Shown one piece after another: positions 12,300-24,988 of a DNA stretch of 64,000 nucleotides; position 1 is the stretch's first letter, and every line of letters begins with the position of its first letter. The notes under the pieces were generated by a model, which was not told where the DNA came from, made no database searches, and saw only the letters and a program-made list of their open reading frames with translations. The position numbers and the translations under genes are program-made. The DNA is taken from NCBI GenBank assembly GCA_050084515.1, contig CM114271.1:41044001-41108000 (forward strand), read 5' to 3'. Origin of the DNA: Blasia pusilla (taxonomy: Eukaryota).

Positions 12300-15250
12300 G
12301 GAACTCCCTAACCCCTACCCGAATCATAATTGGGGTGTCAAACATAGCGGAGGTGCTTGCCCCCATGCCGCAAACAAAGAAAAAGATATGCATAAGAGGG
12401 TGGTGGCCCACCTCTTCGAAGTACAATAGAAGAGAGACTCGAGGAGTCCATAACGACCCATAAGGCTACACCAGACCCGGGTGAAAGGGCAAAACTCACT
12501 AACAAAGAAAATTATATTTATTGTGCTTAGGAAAACATGACTACCACCAAGAGGGCCTTTAGCAATGGTCAATGAGGTCTCTCATTGAGCATGAGCAAAT
12601 ACATGCCCGAACCTCTATGGGAATAATATCCCCATAAGACATGGCGACTCTAAAAATTGCCTCCAAATGAGCATCTATCAAACAAGGTTGAAGACCATAC
12701 TAACGAAAGGTAACTAAGGAGGAAAAGTGGGGAGAACGAATTTGGCCTCAACTAGAAGGGAATCTCTACAACTCTTATGGCAGATTCTAGTGGGAAGAAG
12801 TCGTCATCAACCTGAGATACGTATTGCAGGAGGAGTGGTCTATGCCTAACTATGAATCTAGAGTATAGAAGGGGTGCTTCAATGGCCCAACTGCCCGAAA
12901 AAAGCCAAGGGGGCCACTAACTCAATCAAGAGAAGACCTACCCCACCGAAGGCAATAGGCCAAGAAGCCTATCTACAAGCTAGCTCCCACATGTGGCACT
13001 TTAAGGAGTCAAACCCTAATAGAACCCCTAAACACATGTAGGATTTTCCTATTGAAAGATTTAAGGAGGGTAGAGAGATGACTAGACATCCATATAGTTC
13101 TAGGGAGATATATAACTAGAACGTCAAGCAAAACAAGAAGAAAGAAGATCCAAAGCAACTTAAGGATCATCAATCCTTGTGAGATCATCATTGTGGAGCG
13201 GATCCTTAATAAGAATCGTAGCCACAAAACTTGATACCAAGTTTTGGCTCTTGAGTGGGACTCCCAAGATGCAAAGACCTTTGATAGGTGCCATAAATCT
13301 TTTTGGTAATGAAGACCATTGAGTAGATCTAATGGAGATCATGTCTTGCACTTCTCACCTTCACTACTCAATCGAGACATGGCAATTTCACAATAAAGTG
13401 TTGGAATGCAAGGATGACTAGATCTTTGAGGCCAACAATATGAGTATCATGTTCCAGTGAGGGAAAAATGTAGACAAAACCTCCATGGAAAGGGAACTTC
13501 TTGATAATGAGCCAAAGAAAAAAGTGCACTACCTAGGGAGTTACCTTTACGAGTATTGGTGGAAAACTCCAAAATCATGACCTACTCCTCAAGCCGACCC
13601 TGATAGAAATAAAGGACTCAAGGAGCCTTATACAAAGTATGAACAAAGGGAATGAGGCTCGCGATGGGGCCGCTCACATCCCTCAACTCCATGAAGATAG
13701 TTGCTTGTGACACTAAGGTAAAGACGTTCTCCACAACCACTTGGAGAACCACCCACACATAAAATATAGCAAGACAACCTCTCAAACCTAATGAAGGTAT
13801 GATCACAACTAGTTGGTGAGGCAACTCCAAACTGATGTGTGGTTGGAGAGCCTCGTGGAATTGCAAAGTGATAGTGCAACTCACTAACATCAAGAGCACC
13901 TTACTTATGGCCATCACTTTCATCCCTCCAACCTTCATAGACAACACCAAAAGTTTCCTTGCCCCTTGGAACTAGGCAGTGTTCTTGCAACTTGAGGGCA
14001 AAGAAGAACATGTTAAAGCATACAACCATATTGGGGTGGAAGTCATGTGCAAAATTTGGAATGTTGACCACTAGGTGAGAATGTAGGTTTTGGAAGGCAT
14101 CAATAGTAAGAGCTTTCGGAGGCGCCATGCCCATGGAGTGAAGAGCGCATATGACTTGTGAGTACTCATACACGCCCTCCTGAGAAAGTAGCAACCGAAT
14201 TCCAATCATTTCTATGTTGATATTATTTTAAACCATGTCTTGCTTGTTAAGACGATGAGAAAACAAATTAGAGTGTCTCATAGAGCGCGAGGTAGGGGTC
14301 ACGATGAACCTCCGCCTTTAATCGTAAATTCAAGATAGGCCATTCCTATGTAGGAAGCTGTTTGATTTTGCAAGTTATCGTATTTGCGATTTACATCATT
14401 TATTTCATGAGGGGCTACAAATTAAATAGTCGAGAGTGCACATAGGAGGTTCAAAATGGAGTTGGAGACTAGAGTAAATTTACCTCCTCTGGCACCTACA
14501 AGTTTGCACATAGACATATTCCGTGCGTGTCCCTCGAACGGACATGTCCGTGAGGGCGTGGGTACCTGAAGCCCGTACTTGAGCCCACCAAGCCCGTAGG
14601 AAGCACTCGGGTTGGCCGAGACCGCACTGGTTTTGTGGCCATTGAGAGGTCCGTAGCCAAGCCCGTAGGGTAGGCTTAGGCCCACATGGCGGCTCAACCC
14701 CTCAAAAATGCCTCAATCGGGCCATAACTTCTCTATGGCTAATCTTCCCTCCTCACGTATAGCGGAGGCACCATCTTGGAAGAAGAAGCAGTAGATATCA
14801 TGAGAGCTCGCCCATAGCGTAAAGTGCATTCCTAACTAGGGAAGAAGGGAAGCATGACAAAGGTCATCCCAGATAGCATTGGGGGGTCATATGGAACAAC
14901 CCATAATAGGGAAAACATATCAAAGAAACCTATGATGTTGCCAAGGTGGAACCTTAACCATTCCAATGACTCATGAGGGGATGATGTTGCGAGAAGCACT
15001 AAAGAGCATACATGGTCAATTGGAGGAACCACCCATACCAATCTATAAAAGTCAAGATGTTTAACAACTAAGTGATTCCAAATTTCTGGATGAGTGAAGA
15101 ATTCGTGACAACAAGGGCATTTTGTATCCCAACTAGACAACCCACAAGGTCCCAAGCGGGGACATGTGTGGGTCAAGGCATGGATATAACTCACCAATGA
15201 GAGAACATGACCCCCTCCATCAAACTTGAGAGGCAATCCCTACCAAAATC
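12300..15250 (-). mobile_element. Degenerate non-LTR retrotransposon (CRE-like RT plus upstream C2H2-like zinc finger)
   Basis: Minus-strand fragments HQFGVASP, LQVVVENVFTLVSQATIFMEL...SLIPFVHTLY, TRKGNSLGSALFSLAH (~13500-13560) and FPSLEHDTHIVG resemble the RT motifs QFGV, D(I/V)xNAFNSV, QGDPLG and xADD of early-branching (CRE-type) non-LTR elements. CPCCHEFFTHPEIWNHLVVKH (~15060-15125) lies upstream. Many stops and frameshifts; outer boundaries are approximate. Confidence 0.55.
14499..14700. mobile_element. Truncated end of the hAT-type MITE family (CAAGGTTGCAC TIR)
   Basis: Begins caagtttgcacatagacat, matching the reverse complement of the 41942 MITE end, followed by GC-rich gcccgt/gagccc repeats like those in 41688-41942. 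The other TIR was not found. Confidence 0.55.
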
Positions 15251-18200
15251 TCCCATGCCTTCCCCTTCAGACTAGGAGCCGTGGTGCTCAACTTTCTTTC
15301 CATCCACAATAATAATCCACTACCTTTGTCACTTAAGACTTGTAAACTCAATACTCCTTGCTAAACACAAAAAGTGATATCATAGAGTAATTGAGAATGT
15401 GAGGAGTGAATAAGTGAAACCAGATGTAAATGGATTGAGACAAGGTTCTACTTAAAGAGGAAATAATGGAGGCAACATTGAATCAACAATGGATGAAAAA
15501 TGCAAATGTTAAGTAGATGGAGGGGGATTAGAAAGTGGAGCATTCCTTGGAGGGCGGAGTGATATGAATGAAAAAGGGAGTCACATGGAGAGCATTCACC
15601 TCTTAAGAGAAACCCTAATAAGACTTGAAATCTAGGAAATACAATAAAAACGAAAATACTCCACTATAGGAGCCATGGTGTGTGTCAATGCAAAGGGTCA
15701 ATTGAGTCCTTTATTTTGGTATATAATATGGATGAACATCTCCCCTCCTCCCTTGGTTGACCTTCCTTCCTCACACTGCATGTCTATATACCCACAACCA
15801 CTCCCCCCCTACGTTATTGTTGCATGACTTGTCATGAGTTGGGTATTACCTAGATGAATAGGGGATACCTCTCCAAGTCCTTGCATTGCCAAGTCCGGAC
15901 AAAGATGTGTTACTTAGATGAGTAGCACAAATGGATGCTCAAGTTTGGACAATCATGCTCACATTTCAACCCAGACGCCAGAAGTAATGATCCAAAGCAA
16001 ATACCTACCTCTCCATGTATTAGCTGAACTTCTCATACTATCAAGGGGAAAATAACACACCCAGCTGAATTTTTTTTTGCCAAATATTTACGGCCACTAG
16101 AAGTAGGGTGCGTTTTATATTTGCTCTTTGTGGTGACTCTAACTCTTGTTTTGCTATCTGTTCATGAGGCCTATCCATGTGGCTCTTGAGGAATTGTGGC
16201 TTGTCTTGTCCTCCTGGATTGTTCATATGTTCCATCACACCCTCTATTTGGCTCATGTATCCATATATTGGCTCGTGGCTGCATCTCCGATTTAGTCTTG
16301 TTTACTAATTTTCTTAACACAACTCTGACATCCTTATTATCTTCATATCTTTTCTCTTGGTTTCTCTAAGGAGGTTGATTTTGTTCATGAGAGGCTTGTT
16401 CCAAATCTCATCTCTCGCTCTCTATTCTTAGTTTTTTTTTATTGTTGTCATGTATTGATATTTCCTTTTCCATCGCACCCTACCCTTTTGTCTATTGGCC
16501 CTATAGCGCCCCGCACTCATATTTTCCTTGTTTCTTGCATTCCCTTTCCATCTCAAATCCATGGATCCCCCGTACATACACGCCGCATGGGACATTAGTA
16601 ATCCTATTTGTGGTTTGGGGTTTATCTTCTTCCTTTGCTTCACATGAATCTTCTTCTCAAATATTTCGGCCCCAAACCAAAAATTGTAGTACTCACTTGT
16701 CGTGCGTACCACCTATGTCAAGTTTCCCCGCTCTCCTATTGCTTAGTTGAATGTGTCAACAAGAAAATATGAGCTAGGAAGTGTTTAACTTTGTCTTGTG
16801 CGCAACTTTAACCTTAAGAAAGTTTTTGAGATTAGTGCATTTACGGTGTTGTTTATCTCTTGGTTTGGCTTTTGCTTTCCCGACTATATTCCTTGTTGAT
16901 ATTGTATCTCGTGACTCGACACACCTATCTCCTTTGATAACAACTTCAATTTTCCTTTCCCATTTTCTAATTGCACTTGACACGTCCCTCAATTTTTGTC
17001 CACCTAGGGGCAATGAGTACCTTCATTAAGTTTTTTATTTGGTAGCTACACTTCTGACTATCTTGTACATCTTTCCCCCCTCCCCCAACACATGTAAGAA
17101 ATGATGTCATCGTATTCAATACCTTCTTATTTATTTATTATCTTATTCTATGAACTATCTTATTTTCATCTACCTTTTAGGTTTTCCCTTGTGTTTCTTC
17201 AACAAACCTTGAGTTTCGTACGTTTAAGTTTTCTTTCATTGTGTTTATTCCAACCTCTTCATTCAGTCTTGAAGATAATACCACAACCATATTAATTTTT
17301 ACAATATTGCATATAAGCCTATTATATCCACTTGGGACCCTACAAGAAATTGATAGAATTGCTCTAGTTGTAGCAACAACGACCATTCCCACCCCTACAA
17401 AGTTCTACTTATATTACTATATATGAATCCTTTTCCTCACAATATATTTTCTTGTCACCAAAGAAAGTTATTGCATCTTAATTAGCCAACATATAAAGCT
17501 ATATCGTGTCAACGACATGGAGGTTTATCTAGAGGTGTCGAATGAAGTTGGCGACAAGTATGTTGTTTCAGAATTGTCATTTTTGCAAAATTCCTCTTTT
17601 GCTATCTTCTTCAAAGTGACTTAGCAACAAAGTCAAGGATCACCCAATAGCCTATGCACGTAGGTTACCATTTGGAGGGTTACTTTTGGAAGCCCTCTCT
17701 CCCCCTCTTTCAAACTAAGAGGGGGAGAGAGGGCGTTCACAAGCCATCTTTCTCGAGTTTAGCCTTTTGGGCACTTTTCTTGCTTAGTGTATGGTAGGAT
17801 CTTCAGTATTAGAGTCCAGATTCCATCATGATGTAGGGTGGATATGGCTTGATATATACGCCGATATAGATTTGAGGATGGAATTGGACATGTGAGTCAA
17901 TTTTATTTCAAATTTGTTGTGTTGTCTTGATGTAAAGGCATAAGTGCATTTTTGTCTATGTGTGGATCTACTTGTGGGTTAGGAATATCGGTGTTGTGTG
18001 TGAGTAGATGTGATCAACGATGTGGATTTTGCAATAATGTGAATGCGCACAAGAATAATGTATATGCGCACAACAAAGCTCTTTACAACGTGGATATTAT
18101 CACTTGCCTTCATAACATTTGATGCAAGATCCCAACGAGTGTCATCTAAAGCCTTCTTTACCACTAAGAATAGCATTAATAGTTTCAATGATTGTATCAA

Positions 18201-19779
18201 GTTGGTTGATTTGATAATGTGTCCAAAAGAACAATAGCTCTTGTTGGTTACAACACAAACAAAGCGCATATACCACGAACATCTTATAAGAGGAAGACAA
18301 ACTATTCTCTTGGTTGTGCATTTAAAACCCATTTAGGGATAATGTTCAAAATAGCCATCTATTGAGATTGCAACTATTGTCTATGCACACAAGTGTCATT
18401 TATAGCTAGGTTGGTTTAAGGACAAGTAACAAGGAAGGTTTGGTTGGTTTCCATCCGCTTAGATCAATTACAAGCAATATGTATTGGCAAGCAAAGTGGT
18501 AGAAGCTTTGTAGAGCTTCCTACTTCACTAATATGCTTGATCTAAAGAACTAACTCTTTAAGTTGTTAAAAAGCCAAACTCATGTCATGTAAGCTACATT
18601 ATGGGTGCAAAACTTTGGCGATGATCCTAAGGTATTGGCGCTGAGGTTGTAGGTAAAGAACTAGAGCTAGACTATGCAACTCTTTACAAAGCTCTTGCAA
18701 CTTGAGTAGATGAGTTTCGCGACTTCATTTCTAATATATCTCTTGATGGGTAATTTTCAAACATAATAGGTAAAAGCCCTACTTGAGACACAATAGAGCT
18801 CAACCCTTCTAGCATATCTCCAAATCGCATTGCATTAGGAGCTAAACACCTTCAATATCATGGTCACTTAAATGCTCAAAGTAGCTAAAGAGTACTGGCA
18901 TTTTTCCTCGACCAAGGGTTCAAGTTTTTCCATTGCACTCTTGTTGATTTCGACTCCTATGCTTCTTGCCACTTATATTTTCCTTCATTAACATCAATCA
19001 AGTATGCATTTATGCTACCTAGCTTCCTTATACATTTTATGCCCAATGCATGTTAAAGGTATAAACCAAACCTATCCTCGAACCCAATTCATTAGTATCA
19101 TGTTGAGTAGGACTGAAGTCTACAAAGGTAGATGCACTACCATATGTATACATTGACTCCTCATCTAGAGGAGAGGAGGTCTCCAATTTTGCGTGTCCAA
19201 CAACTAAACATGTTATCATCTGAACACGTACAAGAATCATGGGTAGCCTTACACTGTTACATACTCATTTATGTGGAGGATATCCTTCAAACTACTCAAA
19301 TGACAATAAGAGCTTAAAATAAAGTTGGCTCTTTGAGAGGCTTATTTATTTTCTTACTAATGTAGGCAACATGTTGTGCAAAATATCCCTTTGATCAATA
19401 AATGAACATGCTTTACTTGTTCACTAGAATGCAATAGTTATTAAGCTCTTTAGCTTAGTAGAGCCTTCACCATCACATTATTTAGATAAACTCACTTCAT
19501 TTATGAGTTCATTTCTTATTGATCATCAACAACACAACTATTCCAATCCTTGGTTTCCATTCACTTTTTGAAGTGTTCCACACTATCGCACCTTTCATTC
19601 CAAATCCATATTTCAAAAAAAAATCAGAATACTTGGCAAAGTCATCGATAATAAAATGGTGACCTACATAGTATATGATAAGCTACGTACATACCTTCCT
19701 TTAAAAAAGCTAGATACTTAAATCTTATGAAAACCATTCCATGACAATTCTTGATTCTTTAAGCTTTGTTGGTAAAAGT

Positions 19780-19780
<1 letters not shown>

Positions 19781-19836
<56 letters not shown>
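19781..19836. repeat. Compound microsatellite (CT)n(CA)n
   Basis: Read directly from the sequence. Confidence 0.95.
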
Positions 19837-20229
19837 GAGCATATTTACAAAATTTAAGATGCAAATATGCAAGCTTGTAGAGGCTAAGAGACTTATGCAT
19901 TTGATGATTCTTGCAATTTCTCATCTTTCCATGCCAAATTAACATATTCAACTTCAAAACTAACTCTTAGATCTTAATGAAGATCGATAATGGATTGAAA
20001 CTTCGCTTTCATAAGTTTCCTTGTTGCTCACTCATTACAATTGTTGTTTGTGACTAGTTGCATCCTATTTCTTGAACCTATGTGCATGATGGTCCTCTCT
20101 ACGATACGACATTTGGGACAAGGTACAAAATTCTTATATGTTACAAGGTATGAGAGATCATGATTTTTAGGGTTTTTACGCATTCTCAGGCATTGTAAAG
20201 TAGAGGTTGGTTTTAATAAAAAATGCAAA

Positions 20230-22330
20230 AAAATTACGACATAGTCATTGTATGAATTTTTCTGAGGGATTAGGGGTACAAACTTCCCATGGTTTTGGGG
20301 TGGTAAAATACCCTTCTTGTGCAGGGCTAAAGATATGCTCTATTTGAGTTGGTCTAATAAGTATAGCGTACCATTCTCAAGACATCCTTTTTGATTTAGG
20401 AGCGAGTGTAATCCTTGACGTTAGGGGAGATATTGTAGTTGGATGTAGGATTATGGAAAGGAGATATTGAGCCATGTGTCTTTTTGATATAGATATCCAA
20501 TGGGGGTGTTTCATCGATGTAGACTATGACTTGATAGGAGTTGATTGTTTGAGTCTAGCAAGAGCATGCAATTCATGTGCAATATTGCACACACATATGA
20601 TTACAACTCTAGTAGAGTCATATGATGTGTTGGTAGGGAGTATGATGTTGTATCCTATTGGATTTATCTTGGATTTTTATGAGGAGAGAGTTTCCTTTGA
20701 ACTAGGGTGAAATGATGGTAGGATGAGCTAAGTACCCATTTAATTTGATAGGCATAGTGATGGTCCCTAAGGAGATAGCATGACCAGATTGGCAACATTC
20801 AATGAAAATATTAGCTTCCTAAGAGAGTTGTTGGAGGGTAAGATTCATATAGTGGACATCCTTCTAGAGGATTGTCCCATGGAGGGATAAGCCATGATGA
20901 GTGTCTCTTACCATGATGCCAATATCTCTTCATTGTTAGGGTGTAAGAGGATTCCTTTTGAGTATTGCATATGAGCTTGTGGGGCATGTGTAGTGCCATG
21001 CATTTATTCCCAAGCAAGAAGAGTTAGACAACACTTATGCTTTTGGAATGGTGATGTCAACTCTCTCGAAAGCCAAGCTCGTTGTGTGGTAGTATCTAAA
21101 GAGGGGTGTGAGAGTGTTGGATATTTTTAGAGGAATGAGCATGGGGTTGGATATAGTGTTTTAGGATGATATACAGATAAAATAAAGTCTACAGATTGAG
21201 AGAGATAAGATAAGAGTACACATAGAATATACATTAGATGTTGTCTATTCCAATTGCATACAGATTGGAGCATATTGGGGCCCAACTAGGAGCAATGGTC
21301 ATTATGAGAGATGATGAAGGAATGGAGTTTATTTTGGCTTATGCGAGGTAATCGAGCAATGCTTTAGAGGCAAAGTACAACTCATAAAAGTTAGAATTTT
21401 TGGCTTTAATGTGGACCGTGGTACATTTGAGATGTTATTAGTGTGGCTTCCCTTTTATGCTCATCATCCATTGACATGGTTGATGGAGTTTAACAAGCTT
21501 AGTAGGTACCTTGCCATGTGGGCTCTATAAATACAAGAGTATGATTTTCAAGTAGTTCATAGGCAAGATCAGCTAAACCAAGATGTAAATGGTTTTAGTC
21601 ACAATCTGTGTCCAAGCTAAAGAGATAAGAGCACGATGATATAGAGAGAGTGATAAGGAGATGATATCAGATTGACATGCATTTGCCTCTTTATGTTTGT
21701 GGATAATGGCATGTCACCAAGATGCATCAACTTTACTAGAAGGATCAAATGACGAGTTCTCAAATATGGATGCCAATAAGGAGGTGAAGCGTAGTCGTGA
21801 TGTCCATGATCATAAGGAGATTGTGGAGTACTTACATACTAGTGTCATAACAAGCATAGTGAGTGTTAGGGAGAGGGAGCAAATTCTGTAGAGAACTTAG
21901 AGGTTCATTTGAGATCAATTGCAAGGGGATACATATTTTACACGTGTGAGAAGATAGTAGAGCGTAGATGGTACCTCATCCTTCCGAACCAGAATTTATT
22001 GTGCAACGTGCCCACGAGGAGTTGGGGCATTTTGGAGTAAGGCATACTTAGATCTTACTCTATGCTTTGTATTGGAGGTGGGACAGATAGATCGGTATTT
22101 AATAGTTTATAGCCAGATGTAAATTATGTGTATGTTTGAGTTTAAGCATATTTTAAACTCCCATCCCATAATTGCACCCTTTGCCAATCATTGCATCAGG
22201 TTATATTTGGAATCTAGACTTTGTAAGACCTTTTCCATTCATGGGATATTATCATATATATATATGTTGGTCATGGTGGATCATTTCTCCTAGTGGACTA
22301 AGTTGGTGGCAGTATCGAGCAAGCCTAATG
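20230..22330 (+). mobile_element. Heavily decayed Gypsy copy A (PR - DNMT motif I remnant - RNase H - integrase; RT deleted)
   Basis: DLGA protease site at 20393; VESYDVLVGSMMLYPIGF (shared with copy C); GVRVLDIFRGMSMGLDIVF*DDIQIK..QIERD at ~21105-21210 (DNMT motifs I-II); FQLHTDWS...AYA...HLRCY, QEYDFQVVHR (RNase H); AHEELGHFGVRH and LHPLPII..WNLDF (integrase). Confidence 0.8.
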
Positions 22331-22490
22331 ATAAGTTGATGGAAGAGTAGTATGAACGATGTAGAGAGGTATGCATAAGTATGGCTTGAAATAATGATAT
22401 TTGAAGGAGTGAAACCTATAATCCCTAAAGATTATATTATTAAGAAGGGATGGGTTTTACAAAATCCCTCCTCTCGCTCTCGACACCTGC

Positions 22491-23114
22491 TGTCGCGCCC
22501 CTACTCTCCTTGAACGTCAATCTTTAGTGTTGCGGAAGCGTGCGTTCAGTAGGTCACGAACTCATCATCGATCTGCACCCAAACACGCACTCTCGGAGAC
22601 CTTCCCCCTTACTAGTACTTATGGGGTTCTCCAATAACCCCTCCCCTTTGGGAAAAGAGGGTCGGGCCCTTCATTGTGGCCCTCAACCCGACTCCACTTA
22701 CAGTCGTTTTTGGGTCATATCTCGGCTGATGCTTATGCGTTTGCAGCGATCTTTGGTGCGTTTAGATCGGCTCTCCATAAACTTTCCAACGCACCCTTAT
22801 TTGCTCCAAACGCATCTTGGTGCTAAAAGTTATGGCCATAAATACAGTCGGAAACTCTCAAACGCTAGTGGCGTTCCAAATCCGGATCTTCCCTTTGGCA
22901 ACCCATTTCCTAGACTCGACTTCTTTCAAGTCTCATTCCGCGTTTGGTCCAGGTTTCTCAGTCGCGACCATAACACCTGAAACGCGACTCCTCGCTCGCG
23001 TCTCGTCTCTTGTCTCCTCTTTGAGACAACTCCAACGCGCAAACCATCTTAGCGTGAGCCCGCTAATGTTCCGATGTTCCGCTCGGCACTTGTTTGGTCA
23101 TGAGGGTCGCGACA
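22491..23114. mobile_element. Solo LTR (624 bp) with 5-bp TSD
   Basis: Ends tgtcgcg...cgcgaca (perfect 7-bp inverted termini, TG..CA), flanked by cctgc on both sides (22486-22490 and 23115-23119). A related start (tgtcatgcg...cttgaacgtcaatc...gcgttca) recurs at 54180. Confidence 0.88.
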
Positions 23115-23432
23115 CCTGCCCCTCGAGGACGCATATGCTATTGACATGTGGAATTAAAAAAGAACAAATTAAATTAAGAAATAAGGAAGCTAGGGTTAAC
23201 GGAGAATACGTATGCCAATGGGGAAGGAAAGGAAAGAAGAGGAGGAAAGCATAGCCTATAATCCCCTACACTTACTACTTTGTATAGAAGTATGAAGGAT
23301 TTGGATGATAGAGAAAAAAAATAAAAATCAACAATTGCGGGTCATGCATGCACCCTATTAAAATGGACAAAATGAAAGAAAGGGAAGGAATTTTTTTTTG
23401 AAAGGAAGTGAAAAAAAATGAGGAGAATGGGA

Positions 23433-23465
23433 CACGTGTTTTTTTAATCAGGAAGACGACACGTG
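23433..23465 (+). promoter_or_regulatory. Paired G-box/ABRE-like motifs upstream of the WDR26-like gene
   Basis: gacacgtg occurs twice within 35 bp (CACGTG at 23433 and 23460), at the start of the GC-rich region preceding the gene. Function is untested. Confidence 0.3.
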
Positions 23466-24988
23466 GTAAGGGGGCATTCAAGTAGGAGGGGGGGCCTTAG
23501 GAGAAGGGAACATGGAGGGGGCGTGCATCGCACGGGCCCTAACTAGTAAGAGAATAAAACGGAAACATCGGGAGGAGGACGACCCTTCGTGTTCCGATAA
23601 TATTGGCCAAAGCCGGGTACTGTACACGTCGGCAGAATGGCAACGATCCATAGGCCGGGACGTCGTCCACGTCAGGATCCGGAAACACACCTGGACAGAA
23701 ATAGGGCTGATGCAGTCATCAAGCGGAGGGCTGGGATCCGATCGGACGGTATCGTCCGTCGGGAGGTGCCATCGCTCCTGCCCTGTGCAGCACAGCACGC
23801 TTTGCTTACAGGAGGAGCAATTTCCCTCGTTCAGTGAGTCTCTCGTCCTTTGGTGCTTTTGGGGCCCCTGCGGAACAAAAGCGAAGCAAACCAAACAAGG
23901 AAAGACGCGAATTACAAGGGAACAACAGGAGCGAGCGAGCGATTGGTTGATTCCTCCATCCTCCTGCCTGCCTACGAATTCAATTGTAGGCTGGCTGTGG
24001 GTGGAAGGAAGGAAGGAAAGAAAGAGGAGGGGGCCGGGCCGGGTAGGGGACGGAGTACAAGAAGAGACGGGGGACGAGGCCGACGGGGTCGGTCTGTGAT
24101 GCCGGGAATGATTGTACTGCGGGATGGCAATGCCAAGATGAGTTAGGTGGAGGTGCGAAGGGTTAAGAAGCCTCTTGAAGTCTTTTGGTCGATGATCGGG
24201 TGGAAGAAGGAGGGAGGGAGCTATCTGAGAATGCCGGCAAAGACGGTGAGGAGATGATCGAGTGAGAGCTATGGCAATCCAGGATTTCTAGGTCAGTCGG
24301 AGGAGCGAGGATAGTACTGGGGCCGGTTCCGGGGAAGTGGAACGGGCTAGGGTTCGTTTGCTTCGGGCAAGATTCAGGAGCTTGGGAGCGAGGAGATTTG
24401 GAGGAGGAACTCCGCTCGTTTCCGATCATTGACGGTTGGGGATCTCGGTCCGAAGGCGGAGGCGGAGGCCAGAGTGATTCAGCATGCTTGGATTGGATCC
24501 AGTGCTTCTGAGGTGTGGTTGAAGTGGGGGCTGGGTGGAGGAGGGTTGATTTTCACCCCGCTGGTGTGGCTTAGGGTCTGTTCACCCTGAATGAGGCGCT
24601 GGATTCGGGGGGGTCTTATCGTAATTCGTCCAACGCAAACGTAGAATTTCATGCGTATTCTGTTGACTGGAGCTCCTTCCGTCTGACAATGCCGCGAAGA
24701 CCTCACCTTCGTGTTGTATGAGACCCTTCTTTTCTCCGAATCTGTCCTTTCCATCTGTCGGTCGAGAAGAAAGTTGGAGTAAGAGCAATTGTTTTTTGGA
24801 GTCAGGAATTCATGGATCTTCTCTCGCTTGCTGGGGCGGGAAGACTGCAGACTGTTGTAATTGAGTCTTGCGCCTTGTTATTCGCGTGAATCTTCGTGCA
24901 CCTGCTCTGACAGATCTCTTTCCTTCCAGTTGGGAGGGGAGCATAGGGTCAAAGATTTATGGGCTAGCCATTGGCTCACTGCCCTTTC

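Noticed and set aside
17900-19500. Possible decayed DNA-transposon coding sequence
   Set aside because: Only vague motif hints; I could not assemble a defensible domain by eye.
22540-23254. 146-aa and 145-aa ORFs
   Set aside because: They fall largely inside the solo LTR and have no protein motifs.
23512-24146. 195-aa and overlapping ORFs upstream of WDR26
   Set aside because: No recognisable domain, and several overlapping ORFs on both strands in GC-rich promoter/5' UTR sequence; best explained as chance ORFs.
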